Source: a virus
IMG/VR virus record: IMGVR_UViG_3300036790_000060
Location: 1 to 64,000 of that record
Length of the DNA: 64,000 bases
Direction: 5' to 3' (one strand)
The position numbers were made by a program, and so were the translations under genes. The notes beneath the pieces were generated by a model that made no database searches, had not been told where the DNA came from, and was given only the letters and a program-made list of their open reading frames with translations. This document shows positions 18,351 to 27,136 of the stretch, one piece after another. How positions within the stretch are numbered: the first letter of the stretch is position 1; each line of letters opens with the position of its first letter.

Positions 18351-18558
18351 CGCCGCTGCCGGCCAGCTTGCAGCGACCATCCGGCGTCGGCCACGGCAGG
18401 AGTTCATTGGTGTAGATCGAACGAAGACATACGCGACCTATCGACGGCTCCCCATCGGAGTAACTAACGTGAGGCTGATGGGGCAAGAGTCGGCAGGCGC
18501 CGGGCGCTTCCACCCGCTATCCGATGTTCAACCCATTCAAGTGAGGCAGTGGCGATCT

Positions 18559-19119
18559 ATGGCTTTGAACGACGTGGTCGATTGGAAGTCGGAATTCTTC
18601 CCGTGTACACGCAACGATGAACAGATACGCTGCCCCGAATGGTTCGTATTGCACTACATCGTTACGCATGAGACGATCCTTCTTCGGTTGATGAACATAA
18701 TCGGCGTTCGATATCGCCATTTCACGTTCATACAGCCCAGCGAACGCCGCCGTGGCCCTTCGACCACGAAGCGTTGGTTTCACGGGTATCTATTTGTCGA
18801 ATGCGATATCGTTCTCGACCGCTGGCAACAGCTACTGAACATGCCCGGCGTCGTTACCATCCTAGGCGATCCGTCCCCGATCACGATCGAAGACATCGAC
18901 CGGATGGAAATGGTATGCTGCGGCGAAGTGAAGCGCGGCGATCCCGGCTTCAAAGTGAAACCAGGCGACAACGTGCGCATCTGCGATGGCCCGTTCACTT
19001 CGTTCCCTGGGGTGGTTAGCGAGATCAAATACGATAAGAGGTTGGTCACTGTGGTTGCGATGATATTCGGACGGCCCTGTGATGTCGAGTTGCACGTTAG
19101 TGCTCTCGAACTGCTATAG
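18559..19119 (+). CDS. NusG/RfaH-family transcription antiterminator (start uncertain)
   Basis: WFVLH, WFHGYLFVE and MPGVVTIL (NGN domain); GDNVRICDGPFTSFPGVV...IFGR (KOW domain). Confidence 0.92.
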   Translation: MALNDVVDWKSEFFPCTRNDEQIRCPEWFVLHYIVTHETILLRLMNIIGVRYRHFTFIQPSERRRGPSTTKRWFHGYLFVECDIVLDRWQQLLNMPGVVTILGDPSPITIEDIDRMEMVCCGEVKRGDPGFKVKPGDNVRICDGPFTSFPGVVSEIKYDKRLVTVVAMIFGRPCDVELHVSALELL

Positions 19120-19130
19120 GCTGACGTGTC

Positions 19131-19757
19131 ATGGCCACCAAACCAAAGAAAGCTACGGTCGCGACGCCGCCTACTGCGCCCCCGAAGGCGAAGAGGACGT
19201 TCAAAGCGACTCCGCCTTTGAATAAACCGTATCTTAAGAAACCACCGAAAAATCAACTGAACGTCACGCCCGACGCGCCGAACACGAGAACGCACGTTGA
19301 TCAGCTTTTGAAAATGGTATGCGGTCGTCCGTCCGTGTACAATTCAGAAACGTCCGCCGCGATTGACAAGGTCGTTTACGAGTTTGAACTGCTTGGAATG
19401 ACTGACGCTGAGATCGCGAGGTTCTTCCAAATACACCCGGATACACTAGCCCAGTGGGATAAGAAATACCCCTCCTTCTACGTTGCACGTGCGCGTGGTC
19501 GCGAGTACGCAGACGGCGAAGTGGTCCGCGCGCTTCATCATCGGGCGATCGGCTACACCCATAAAGCCAAGAAGTTCTTCAGCACTCCCCAGGGTATCCT
19601 TGAAGTCGAATACGATGAACATTATCCGCCGGACGCCAATTCCGCAGCCCTATGGCTAACGAACCGCAGGAAGGATAAATGGAAGTCCAAGCCGGATGAC
19701 TCCGACGCTTCCGGTGGTTCAACCGTTCGGATTATAGGAGGCCTGCCTGATGACTAG
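19131..19757 (+). CDS. Terminase small subunit
   Basis: GRPSVY, LGMTDAEIARFF, ALHHRAIGY and PPDANSAALWLTNRR..W motifs; upstream of TerL. Confidence 0.88.
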   Translation: MATKPKKATVATPPTAPPKAKRTFKATPPLNKPYLKKPPKNQLNVTPDAPNTRTHVDQLLKMVCGRPSVYNSETSAAIDKVVYEFELLGMTDAEIARFFQIHPDTLAQWDKKYPSFYVARARGREYADGEVVRALHHRAIGYTHKAKKFFSTPQGILEVEYDEHYPPDANSAALWLTNRRKDKWKSKPDDSDASGGSTVRIIGGLPDD

Positions 19758-20352
19758 AGATGTAGTCGCTGCTAAGGACTTCGGCCGCACCGCCGCGACG
19801 TGGCGCGAAGCCGATCACGCGATCGAAAGCATGCGTATCGGCGGCGCGGCCCCGCCGTCCTTATATACGCACCGCCTGATCGAAGCCCAGCACCGCATGG
19901 TCGAAGCCCACTACGCGGCGCCGCCACGCCAGCCAGGGAAAAGCTACCTTCAGCGCCTGATGGATACCTACGGCGACGGCGCCGCGAAGGACCACGATAC
20001 GGTCCACGAATGGACGGGGGAAGTATCGATGCCCTTTAACGACGCCGTGAACACGGTCGAGAACCTCTACGAGGTCGTCGCGGCCACGCTAGGCTTCCCC
20101 GTCCGTCTACTTATGGGCATCGATACGGCGATGGTCGAACAGCCGAAGCACGATCCCGCGTTCGACAAGAAGGTGACCGACGTCCTCGATCATATCGTCG
20201 GCGGTAAGAGCACGGCCGGTGAACGTAAGGCGCTCAAGGGCGCGATCGACAAGACCGAAGCGCCGCTGACCGGCAGGGCGAAGTCCGACCACGCGATGGG
20301 GCGGGCGCTCCGCTTCGGCGGGAACGGCGAGATCAACGGCTGCTTCAAATAG
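19750..20352 (+). CDS. Hypothetical protein between the terminase subunits
   Basis: GGAGG RBS; overlaps the TerS stop. Confidence 0.65.
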   Translation: MTRDVVAAKDFGRTAATWREADHAIESMRIGGAAPPSLYTHRLIEAQHRMVEAHYAAPPRQPGKSYLQRLMDTYGDGAAKDHDTVHEWTGEVSMPFNDAVNTVENLYEVVAATLGFPVRLLMGIDTAMVEQPKHDPAFDKKVTDVLDHIVGGKSTAGERKALKGAIDKTEAPLTGRAKSDHAMGRALRFGGNGEINGCFK

Positions 20353-20379
20353 CGTTTCTGGCTGGACGAGGATCGTGGC

Positions 20380-21768
20380 GTGGGTAGAGAGATCGTCGTC
20401 CAGCTTCCTACGTTCCACGCTGGCCAGCTGCGCGCTTACCAGGTCTTCAAAGACAACAAGCGTGTCGCTGGCCGGTGCGGACGACGCTGGGGGAAGACCG
20501 ACTTAGGCAAAATCCTGGCCTCTGACTACGCGGTCAAGGGCCGCTACGTCGGGTGGTTCGCCCCGTCGTACAAGGTGCTGGTCGAAGCCTATTCGGAGAT
20601 CGCCGCGTCCCTGCTTCCGGTCAAGCTGACGTCATCGAAGACCGAAGGCATCATCCGGACGATCCCGACCGAAGGGCGAAGCCACGGCGGACGCATCGAC
20701 TTCTGGACGCTTGAAAACGAGAACGCGGGTCGATCGCGCAAGTATCACCTGGTCATCATCGATGAAGGCGCGTTTACCAAAGCCAACATGATGAAGATAT
20801 GGGAGCAGTCGATTGAACCGACGCTTCTGGACTACGCGGAACTGCCCTACGGCGGCCGGTGCTTAGTGCTATCGAACACGAACGGCATTGATAAGGACAA
20901 CTTCCTCTACCAGATATGCGAACCCCTTCATAAACGTGAAATGGGAACGCCTGGGAAGAAGTATGGTTTCGCGGAGTTCCACGCTCCGACCGAAGAGAAC
21001 CCCTACATGTCCAAGGGGGCGATCGAACTCCTGCGCCAGCGGAAACACCCGTTGGTGTTCAAGCAGGAATATCTGGCCGAGTTCGTTGACTGGTCCGGCG
21101 TCGCGTTCTTTCAGCTGCAGAAGATGCTGGTCGATACCGTCGAAGTCGATGGCGTCCTGACTGGCGGCACCCCGGTGAATTATCCCACCGCCTGCAAGTT
21201 CGTCGTCGCGGTCATCGACACGGCGGTGAAGACCGGATCGGAAAACGACGGAACCGGCGTGTCATACTACGCCGTGATGCACGACCACTTCGACCAGTAT
21301 CGAATGGTCATCCTGGACTGGGATATCGCCCAGATCACCGGCGCCCTGCTTGCCGAATGGATGCCGTCCGTCTACCGGCGCCTGAATGAACTGTCGAAGG
21401 CGTGCAGCGCGCAGTTCGGGTCGATCGGTGCCTATATCGAAGACCGTGGATCAGGCTCTGTCCTGCTTCAGCAGTGCGTTCTGCGCGGGTGGGACGCGAC
21501 ACCCCTGCCCGAAGAACTCACTGCCAAGGGCAAAGACGAACGTGCGATGAACGCGGTCGATCCCGTCTTTCGTGGCGAGGTCAAGATCAGCTACCACGCG
21601 CACGATAAGACATCGACGTACAAGGAAGAGACCAGGAACCATTTCGTGGACCAAATCGTAAGTTTCAGGATCGGCGATCCGGACGCGGCGAAACGGGCAG
21701 ATGATCTGCTCGACACGTTCACGTATTCGATCGCGATCAACTTAGGTGGACCGGAGGGCACGGCGTGA
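20380..21768 (+). CDS. Terminase large subunit
   Basis: Walker A CGRRWGKT, Walker B VIIDEG; nuclease motifs IDTA, IEDRGSG and DDLLD. Confidence 0.95.
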   Translation: MGREIVVQLPTFHAGQLRAYQVFKDNKRVAGRCGRRWGKTDLGKILASDYAVKGRYVGWFAPSYKVLVEAYSEIAASLLPVKLTSSKTEGIIRTIPTEGRSHGGRIDFWTLENENAGRSRKYHLVIIDEGAFTKANMMKIWEQSIEPTLLDYAELPYGGRCLVLSNTNGIDKDNFLYQICEPLHKREMGTPGKKYGFAEFHAPTEENPYMSKGAIELLRQRKHPLVFKQEYLAEFVDWSGVAFFQLQKMLVDTVEVDGVLTGGTPVNYPTACKFVVAVIDTAVKTGSENDGTGVSYYAVMHDHFDQYRMVILDWDIAQITGALLAEWMPSVYRRLNELSKACSAQFGSIGAYIEDRGSGSVLLQQCVLRGWDATPLPEELTAKGKDERAMNAVDPVFRGEVKISYHAHDKTSTYKEETRNHFVDQIVSFRIGDPDAAKRADDLLDTFTYSIAINLGGPEGTA

Positions 21769-21959
21769 TCATCAACAAGCTCAGGACGAATAAGGCGATC
21801 TGCGACGCGCTCGGTATCGATCCATCGAAGGTCAGTAAAGTCACTATCACGCTAGGCAGCGACGCGCCGATGATCGAAGTCCTATGTTACCTGGACGTCG
21901 AAAAAACCGGCAGGCTGGTCGAAGTTCTCTCTAACTGCGAGTTTAGCTGGAAGTCATGA
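21765..21959 (+). CDS. Small hypothetical protein
   Basis: GGAGG RBS; 4-nt overlaps on both sides. Confidence 0.6.
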   Translation: MIINKLRTNKAICDALGIDPSKVSKVTITLGSDAPMIEVLCYLDVEKTGRLVEVLSNCEFSWKS

Positions 21960-23482
21960 GCGGTTTCCAAGGAACGAACACGGCCGAAGGCGGCGAAGGC
22001 AATACCTTCGTCGGCCTGTCGTCGGGCGCCGGATCACAGCTGACCAGGCTGATGCTGTCTGACGACATCGTTCCGGGCGATACGCCGTCCTACCAAACGT
22101 GCAAGATCACCTACACCTACCACCCGCTAGGCGGGAAGATGGTCGACACGCCGATCAAGGTGATGCAGTCCCAGGAACGCGAGATCACGGTTTCGGGCGG
22201 TCCTGAGACGAAGCTAATCCCGGAGTTCAAGCGTGTATGGAAGTCGCTTGCCAGTGTAGGCGCCGACTCGATCATCCAGAACGTTATCCGCACCGCGCGT
22301 ATCTACGGCATCGGTTCCCTGGCCTGCGGCACGCGCGGCATCGGCCAGAACGCGCCGCTCGTCTTCGAAAACATTACCGAAGAGAACGTGTACTTCAACA
22401 CGCTTGACCCGTTGAACACGGCCGGATCGCTAGTCCTTGACCAGGACCCTTCGAGCCCCGACTTCCAGAACCCGACGTCGATCACGTCAGGCGGGAAGAA
22501 CTGGCATGCGTCGCGCACCGTCGTGGTCATGAACGAAAAGCCGATCTACATCGAATTCACCAGTTCGGCGTTCGGCTTCGTCGGCCGGTCGGTTTACCAG
22601 CGCGCCCTGTTCCCGATGAAGACGTTCCTGCAATCCATGATCACCGACGACATGGTGACCAAGAAGTGCGGGCTGCTGGTCATCAACGCTACCGCGCCGG
22701 GTCCGGTCACGAACAACCGCATCCTGAACTTCTTCGGTCTGAAGCGCTCATATCTCAAGGGCGGCGTGACCGGGAACGTCATCACGATCGGCGAAAAGGA
22801 ACAAATCAGTTCCCTCAATTTCCAGAACCTGGAAGGTCCGGCGAAGTTCGCCCGCGACAACGCGCTGAAGAACATCGCCATGGCCGCCGGGATGCCAGCC
22901 AAGCTCCTCGAACAGGAGGAAATGGTCGGCGGCATGGCCGAAGGAACCGAGGACGCGAAGGCGATCGCGCAGTACATCAACGCGATGCGCGAAGAGTCGC
23001 AGCCGATCTATCGGTTTATGGATAAGGTCGTGATGCGCCTGGCCTGGTCCCCGACGTTCTACAAGACGATCCAGAAGGAATTCCCCGAGCTGTACGGCGG
23101 CGTCGATTACAAGACCGCGTTCATCGAATGGGCGAATGCGTTCGAAGCCACGTGGCCGAACCTGCTGGAAGAGCCCGATAGCGAAAAGATCAAGGTCGAG
23201 GAAACGCGGTTCAAGTCAGTCGTCGCCCTCCTGGAAACGCTGGTCCCGTCGCTCGATCCGGAGAACAAAGCCGCCGTGATCGCCTGGGCCGTGGACGAGA
23301 TCAATACGCGCCGCCAGCTGTTCTCCGCGAACCTGGACATCGACGCGAAGAAGCTGGCGAAGTTCGGGATCGAACAGCAGAAGCAGCAGCAACAGATGGC
23401 CCAGCAGGGCGCCGCTGGCGGGGCGGGCGAAGGCGGGGCGAAGGAACCTGCGCCGCCGAAGCCGTTTAGTTCGACGTCATGA
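21956..23482 (+). CDS. Portal protein (DUF1073-like)
   Basis: Size and position after TerL; ARIYG, HASR, GRSVYQR, NIAMAAGMP..LL and GTED motifs. Confidence 0.88.
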   Translation: MSGFQGTNTAEGGEGNTFVGLSSGAGSQLTRLMLSDDIVPGDTPSYQTCKITYTYHPLGGKMVDTPIKVMQSQEREITVSGGPETKLIPEFKRVWKSLASVGADSIIQNVIRTARIYGIGSLACGTRGIGQNAPLVFENITEENVYFNTLDPLNTAGSLVLDQDPSSPDFQNPTSITSGGKNWHASRTVVVMNEKPIYIEFTSSAFGFVGRSVYQRALFPMKTFLQSMITDDMVTKKCGLLVINATAPGPVTNNRILNFFGLKRSYLKGGVTGNVITIGEKEQISSLNFQNLEGPAKFARDNALKNIAMAAGMPAKLLEQEEMVGGMAEGTEDAKAIAQYINAMREESQPIYRFMDKVVMRLAWSPTFYKTIQKEFPELYGGVDYKTAFIEWANAFEATWPNLLEEPDSEKIKVEETRFKSVVALLETLVPSLDPENKAAVIAWAVDEINTRRQLFSANLDIDAKKLAKFGIEQQKQQQQMAQQGAAGGAGEGGAKEPAPPKPFSSTS

Positions 23483-25110
23483 CGACGCTACGCGATATCG
23501 CCCGGACGCTTGGCGTCATCAAGCCATCTCGCGAAGAGAAGCTGGCGGCAATCCTTGATGACCTGTCGTCGGTCGAAGTGCGGATGGACCTCGAATGGAA
23601 CGAGTCCGATCATCCGCGCGCCGCTGACGGCAAGTTCGGATCGGGTGGTGGCGGGTCCGTCGCGCACGGCGCGAAGTCGTATATCAAGAGCCTGGCCGGC
23701 AAGAAGGGCAGCGGCGCAGGGATGATCAAACACATGCTGCAGGCCGGCACCTATAGCAAGGCGGATATTATCGCGGCGACGAAGGAAGTAGGCTTCAACC
23801 TCGGCGGGAACCCGTCATACGCCATTGAAGCGTATCACAAGCAGATGATGAACCCGCCCCCGATCCCGGCGAAGTCTGGGCCGAAGGAAGTGAACACGCC
23901 AACGGGCACCGATCCTGATGGTTCGTTCGCCGCGCACGGCAAGAAGATACTGGCCGAGATCGAAGCGGCGAAGGCAGCGAAGGCGGCGGTTAGTGGGAAG
24001 TCGGCGCAGCAGCAAAAAGCCGTCGCGTCGCTGACTTCGATCGCCGAACTGCCGGATGAGAAAAAGACGGAAAAGTTCAAGGACGCCGCATACAAGTATC
24101 TCCCGTCGAACATCTTTTCAGCGATGAAACCGACGCTCGACCACTTCGAAAACCTGACGGCGGAAAACAAGCCGAAGGTCGAAAGCAAGCTGATGGAGGT
24201 GCTTACCGCGTTCGCCGAGAATGAGGGTAGCGATACGGATACGAATGACATCTACACGGCGCTGATGAAGATTGATCCGATCGCCGGTTCCGGGATGTCG
24301 GTCAACGCGGTGAACACAATGCTCGTCGGCGTGAAAGCCGACTACGCCTCGAAGGCGAACGTGACCGGTTACGCGCCGACGTCCGAAGCCGAGAAGAAGG
24401 TCTACAGCAAGCTATCGAAGGTCGCGCATTACGCCACCGATAGCGGTGCCGTCGCGGAAGACCACGAAGGCAAGGACATCAAAGCGCGGCTGAAGACCAG
24501 CACGAAGGCGATCCCCGGTGACTATTACGCCAAGGTGTCGTCGGCCTACAACGGGAAGAAGAACGTTGGCGATACCCCGCACGTCGGGTCGGCGATGCAG
24601 GACTACGGTAACGAGGTCTGGAACACGTTTGACGAAGAGCAGCGGGGCTCGCTTGATTTGTACAAAGGGTCAGGGTACATGTCGATCAATCAGGCGCTAT
24701 TAAGTGAGAACTTCGATGAGTATGCCAGCAGCGGTGTAAAGTCGCGTATCAAGAACATCGACGCGGCGATGGCAAAGTCAGTCGTTCCGGCCGATACCCC
24801 TGTGTTTCGTGGGATGACTGCCACCCTGAAGGACCTGACCGGCTTCGATGATCCCGACGAAGCCGTGGGCCGCGCGTTCGAACACAAGAACTACGCCTCG
24901 GTGTCGCGGAATATCGAAGTGTCGAAGAACTTCGGCTCGACGACGATGCTGCGGTTCACAATCCCCGCTGGGGCAAACGGCATCGTGCTGGGAAGTCAGT
25001 CGGCGGGCGAAAAGGAGATCGTCCTACCACGGCGCGGTGTGTTCCGGGTGGACAAGGTGACTGGCAATATGGTAGACGTCACCTATTTGGGAGTCCGTGA
25101 GGATGACTGA
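23479..25110 (+). CDS. VIP2/Alt-like (R-S-E) ADP-ribosyltransferase, putatively virion-associated
   Basis: C-terminal Y.GSGY.SIN..L, VFRG, YASVS and EKEIVLPR (ExE); N-terminal WNESDHPRAADGKFG motif. Confidence 0.88.
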   Translation: MTTLRDIARTLGVIKPSREEKLAAILDDLSSVEVRMDLEWNESDHPRAADGKFGSGGGGSVAHGAKSYIKSLAGKKGSGAGMIKHMLQAGTYSKADIIAATKEVGFNLGGNPSYAIEAYHKQMMNPPPIPAKSGPKEVNTPTGTDPDGSFAAHGKKILAEIEAAKAAKAAVSGKSAQQQKAVASLTSIAELPDEKKTEKFKDAAYKYLPSNIFSAMKPTLDHFENLTAENKPKVESKLMEVLTAFAENEGSDTDTNDIYTALMKIDPIAGSGMSVNAVNTMLVGVKADYASKANVTGYAPTSEAEKKVYSKLSKVAHYATDSGAVAEDHEGKDIKARLKTSTKAIPGDYYAKVSSAYNGKKNVGDTPHVGSAMQDYGNEVWNTFDEEQRGSLDLYKGSGYMSINQALLSENFDEYASSGVKSRIKNIDAAMAKSVVPADTPVFRGMTATLKDLTGFDDPDEAVGRAFEHKNYASVSRNIEVSKNFGSTTMLRFTIPAGANGIVLGSQSAGEKEIVLPRRGVFRVDKVTGNMVDVTYLGVREDD

Positions 25111-25258
25111 CGACGCGGCTGACCGCCGTTTTATCATCGAGAAGGGCTCGGTCGTCCCGATCGGGAAGATCAAGCAGACGATTGACCACACGTCCGAAGC
25201 CGACAAGAAGGCGAAGGCCGAGGCCGAACGCGCCCAGCAGATCGATGTCGACGAGTAG
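25103..25258 (+). CDS. Small protein (51 aa) coupled to the ART gene, not in ORF track
   Basis: Hand-translated MTDDAADRRFIIEKGSVVPIGK...IDVDE*; overlaps the ART stop and the MuF start. Confidence 0.5.
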   Translation: MTDDAADRRFIIEKGSVVPIGKIKQTIDHTSEADKKAKAEAERAQQIDVDE

Positions 25259-26096
25259 CCCCCAGACCTTTCAGGAACTGCTGACGGCCGCGATCAACGA
25301 ATTCTCCGAACGCGGATATGATAATCCGGAGCGCGTCCAGCACTGGTTGATGATCCTCCGGAACGCGGCGGAACGCGACCTAGGACCGGAGTGGCAGACC
25401 AACGCTGACGTCCGCGAACAGATGACGCGGCTGTTCGAAAAAGCGACTTCGGTCAACGACGTCAAACGCTACGTCCCGGATATCCAGCCGTGGACGATAT
25501 CGATCGTGAAGCCGAAGGTCAGGCCAGAACTGGACCGGCGCGTCATCGCCTCGGTTAACCTAATCAAGCTGAACCGCAAGACGGCCGTGGAGAATACGCT
25601 TAGGCGCGCTGAAGGGTGGATGACGTCCGTCCCGCCCGGTGGCGTCGAAGATATCGATCGGCGTGAGGTCAAGACGGGGATCACTAAGTCCCTCGCGCAG
25701 CATAAATACGAAGTCCGCCGGGTCACGATCGACCAGTCACATAAGCTCCTGTCGAACGTCCGCGACGTTATCGCGATGGACGCGGGGGCGATCGCCGTCA
25801 TCTGGCATAGCCACTGGCGCGACGCATCGTATAACTACAGGAAGGACCACAAGGGTCGGGACGAACGTGTCTACCTGATCCGCGACTCCTGGGCCCACAA
25901 GCAGGGGCTCGTCAAGCCGGGTCCAGCTGGCTACTTCGACCAGATCACGAAGCCCGGCGAAGAGGTCTACTGCCGCTGCTGGGTGGTTTACATCACGTCG
26001 CCGCGAAAGCTACCCGACGAAATGCTGACTTCGAATGGCCAGGCTTGGATCGAACGCGGCCGGATCGCCGCACAGAACAGGATAGCCGGATCATGA
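25245..26096 (+). CDS. MuF-like minor head morphogenesis protein
   Basis: IDQSHKL, WHSH, R.DH..RD and PGEEVYCRC motifs; ATG 25245. Confidence 0.88.
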   Translation: MSTSSPQTFQELLTAAINEFSERGYDNPERVQHWLMILRNAAERDLGPEWQTNADVREQMTRLFEKATSVNDVKRYVPDIQPWTISIVKPKVRPELDRRVIASVNLIKLNRKTAVENTLRRAEGWMTSVPPGGVEDIDRREVKTGITKSLAQHKYEVRRVTIDQSHKLLSNVRDVIAMDAGAIAVIWHSHWRDASYNYRKDHKGRDERVYLIRDSWAHKQGLVKPGPAGYFDQITKPGEEVYCRCWVVYITSPRKLPDEMLTSNGQAWIERGRIAAQNRIAGS

Positions 26097-26323
26097 ACGT
26101 CATCGACGAGATGAAGAAGATCGGCCAGCTTGTCGCCGACGCGGGCGGCCGGGTCCACCTGGAGATCGACACCAGGTTCTTCAACGAAGAGACGAAGGTC
26201 ACCGTCACGACGTGGCTACCCGGCGGTCACGATATCAAGTCGTCGGCGCATTCGATTGAGGATGCGCTTCACCACCTGCGAACGAACATCCGGGCGGCCG
26301 AAAGCTGGAGGAAGACACGATGA
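26093..26323 (+). CDS. Hypothetical protein
   Basis: ATGA coupling on both sides. Confidence 0.55.
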   Translation: MNVIDEMKKIGQLVADAGGRVHLEIDTRFFNEETKVTVTTWLPGGHDIKSSAHSIEDALHHLRTNIRAAESWRKTR

Positions 26324-26496
26324 GCTACGTCGATGAAGTGATGGCGCGGTTCACCGCTTACCGCAAGCGTGAAACCGAAAAGTTGGAAGAGCAGGACGAG
26401 GCGCTGCGCCAAGTGATCGAAAGGAACGCGCGGTATGCCGATGAGGTCCAGTCACAAATGGCGGAGGTCTTCGCCAAACTTCAATGGAAGAAGTGA
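26320..26496 (+). CDS. Small coiled-coil protein (58 aa, not in ORF track)
   Basis: GGAGG RBS; [11 protein letters not shown]...QWKK*. Confidence 0.55.
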   Translation: MSYVDEVMARFTAYRKRETEKLEEQDEALRQVIERNARYADEVQSQMAEVFAKLQWKK

Positions 26497-26497
26497 C

Positions 26498-26704
26498 ATG
26501 CCGCTAGCATCCGGGTCGTCCAAGGAGGCGATCGGTCAGAACATCGCGACCGAACGCCACGCCGGCAAGCCGGAGAAGCAGGCGATCGCGATCGCGTATT
26601 CCGAAGCTGGGAAGTCGCGGAAGGACACGATGGGCCAGGTCCTGAAGGACTGCATGGCGCTCAGCGATCGGTTCGACAAGTTCATGAAGAGCAATAGCCG
26701 ATGA
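26498..26704 (+). CDS. Small head-module protein (DUF6496-like)
   Basis: [37 protein letters not shown] signature. Confidence 0.75.
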   Translation: MPLASGSSKEAIGQNIATERHAGKPEKQAIAIAYSEAGKSRKDTMGQVLKDCMALSDRFDKFMKSNSR

Positions 26705-26949
26705 CGCCGTTCACGTTCCGGCTGCGCGTCCCGATGGACGTCAAGCCGCCGAGCTTCATGCCGCACGCGGTCATGGTCTGCCGTATCCGGGTCGGCATTC
26801 GCACGCACTTCATGGAAGTCACGTTCGAAAAGCTCGGCGAAGACGAACTGATCGCGACGTCGGTTATGGAACTGCCCGACTTCGACGCGATGAAAGACTT
26901 CGAGTTCGGCTGGATGGCTGAGGGCGTGTTCCTCCTGCTGGCCGTATAG
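26701..26949 (+). CDS. Hypothetical protein
   Basis: ATGA coupling; its stop abuts the tRNA 5' end. Confidence 0.5.
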   Translation: MTPFTFRLRVPMDVKPPSFMPHAVMVCRIRVGIRTHFMEVTFEKLGEDELIATSVMELPDFDAMKDFEFGWMAEGVFLLLAV

Positions 26950-27021
26950 GCGCCGCTTTCTGGCGAGGGTCCGGGCTTTCAATCCCAGGACAGCCCGGTT
27001 CGATCCCGGCGCGGCGCACCA
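26950..27021 (+). tRNA. Non-canonical 72-nt tRNA with 8-nt anticodon loop (CT-TTCA-AT); putative quadruplet UGAA decoder
   Basis: Perfect 7-bp acceptor stem GCGCCGC/GCGGCGC, A discriminator, encoded CCA (27019-27021); T-arm CCGG-TTCGATC-CCGG; anticodon arm TCCGGG/CCC-A-GGA; minimal D arm TTC-TGGC-GAG; variable loop CAG. Confidence 0.85.
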
Positions 27022-27036
27022 ATTCGTGAGGACGAT

Positions 27037-27136
27037 ATGACCAAACCCGATACGTGAATACGCGGCTAGAGGCCCACCCCGTCTCCCCAGGCTGACCCGT
27101 TCAACCTCAGGAGATGATCATGCACGTATTCCTTAA
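27037..27136 (+). promoter_or_regulatory. Leader ORF MTKPDT-[TGAA]-YAARGPPRL... with anti-Shine-Dalgarno hairpin (27080-27116)
   Basis: GAGGA RBS 27028-27032, ATG 27037, TGA 27055-27057 plus A; the +1 frame encodes RGPP (27068-27079); CGTCTCC (27080-27086) pairs with GGAGATG (27110-27116). Confidence 0.7.

Noticed and set aside
21956-23482. Anti-CBASS Acb1 call sometimes attached to DUF1073 proteins
   Set aside because: No pair of HxT/S phosphoesterase motifs recognised; size and position indicate the portal.
26950-27021. Ordinary tRNA-Glu(TTC) or tRNA-Sec(TCA)
   Set aside because: A 7-nt loop centred on TTC or TCA puts mismatches in the anticodon stem, whereas the 8-nt loop gives GGG/CCC plus TCC/GGA. 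It also lacks the long variable arm and extended acceptor stem of tRNA-Sec.
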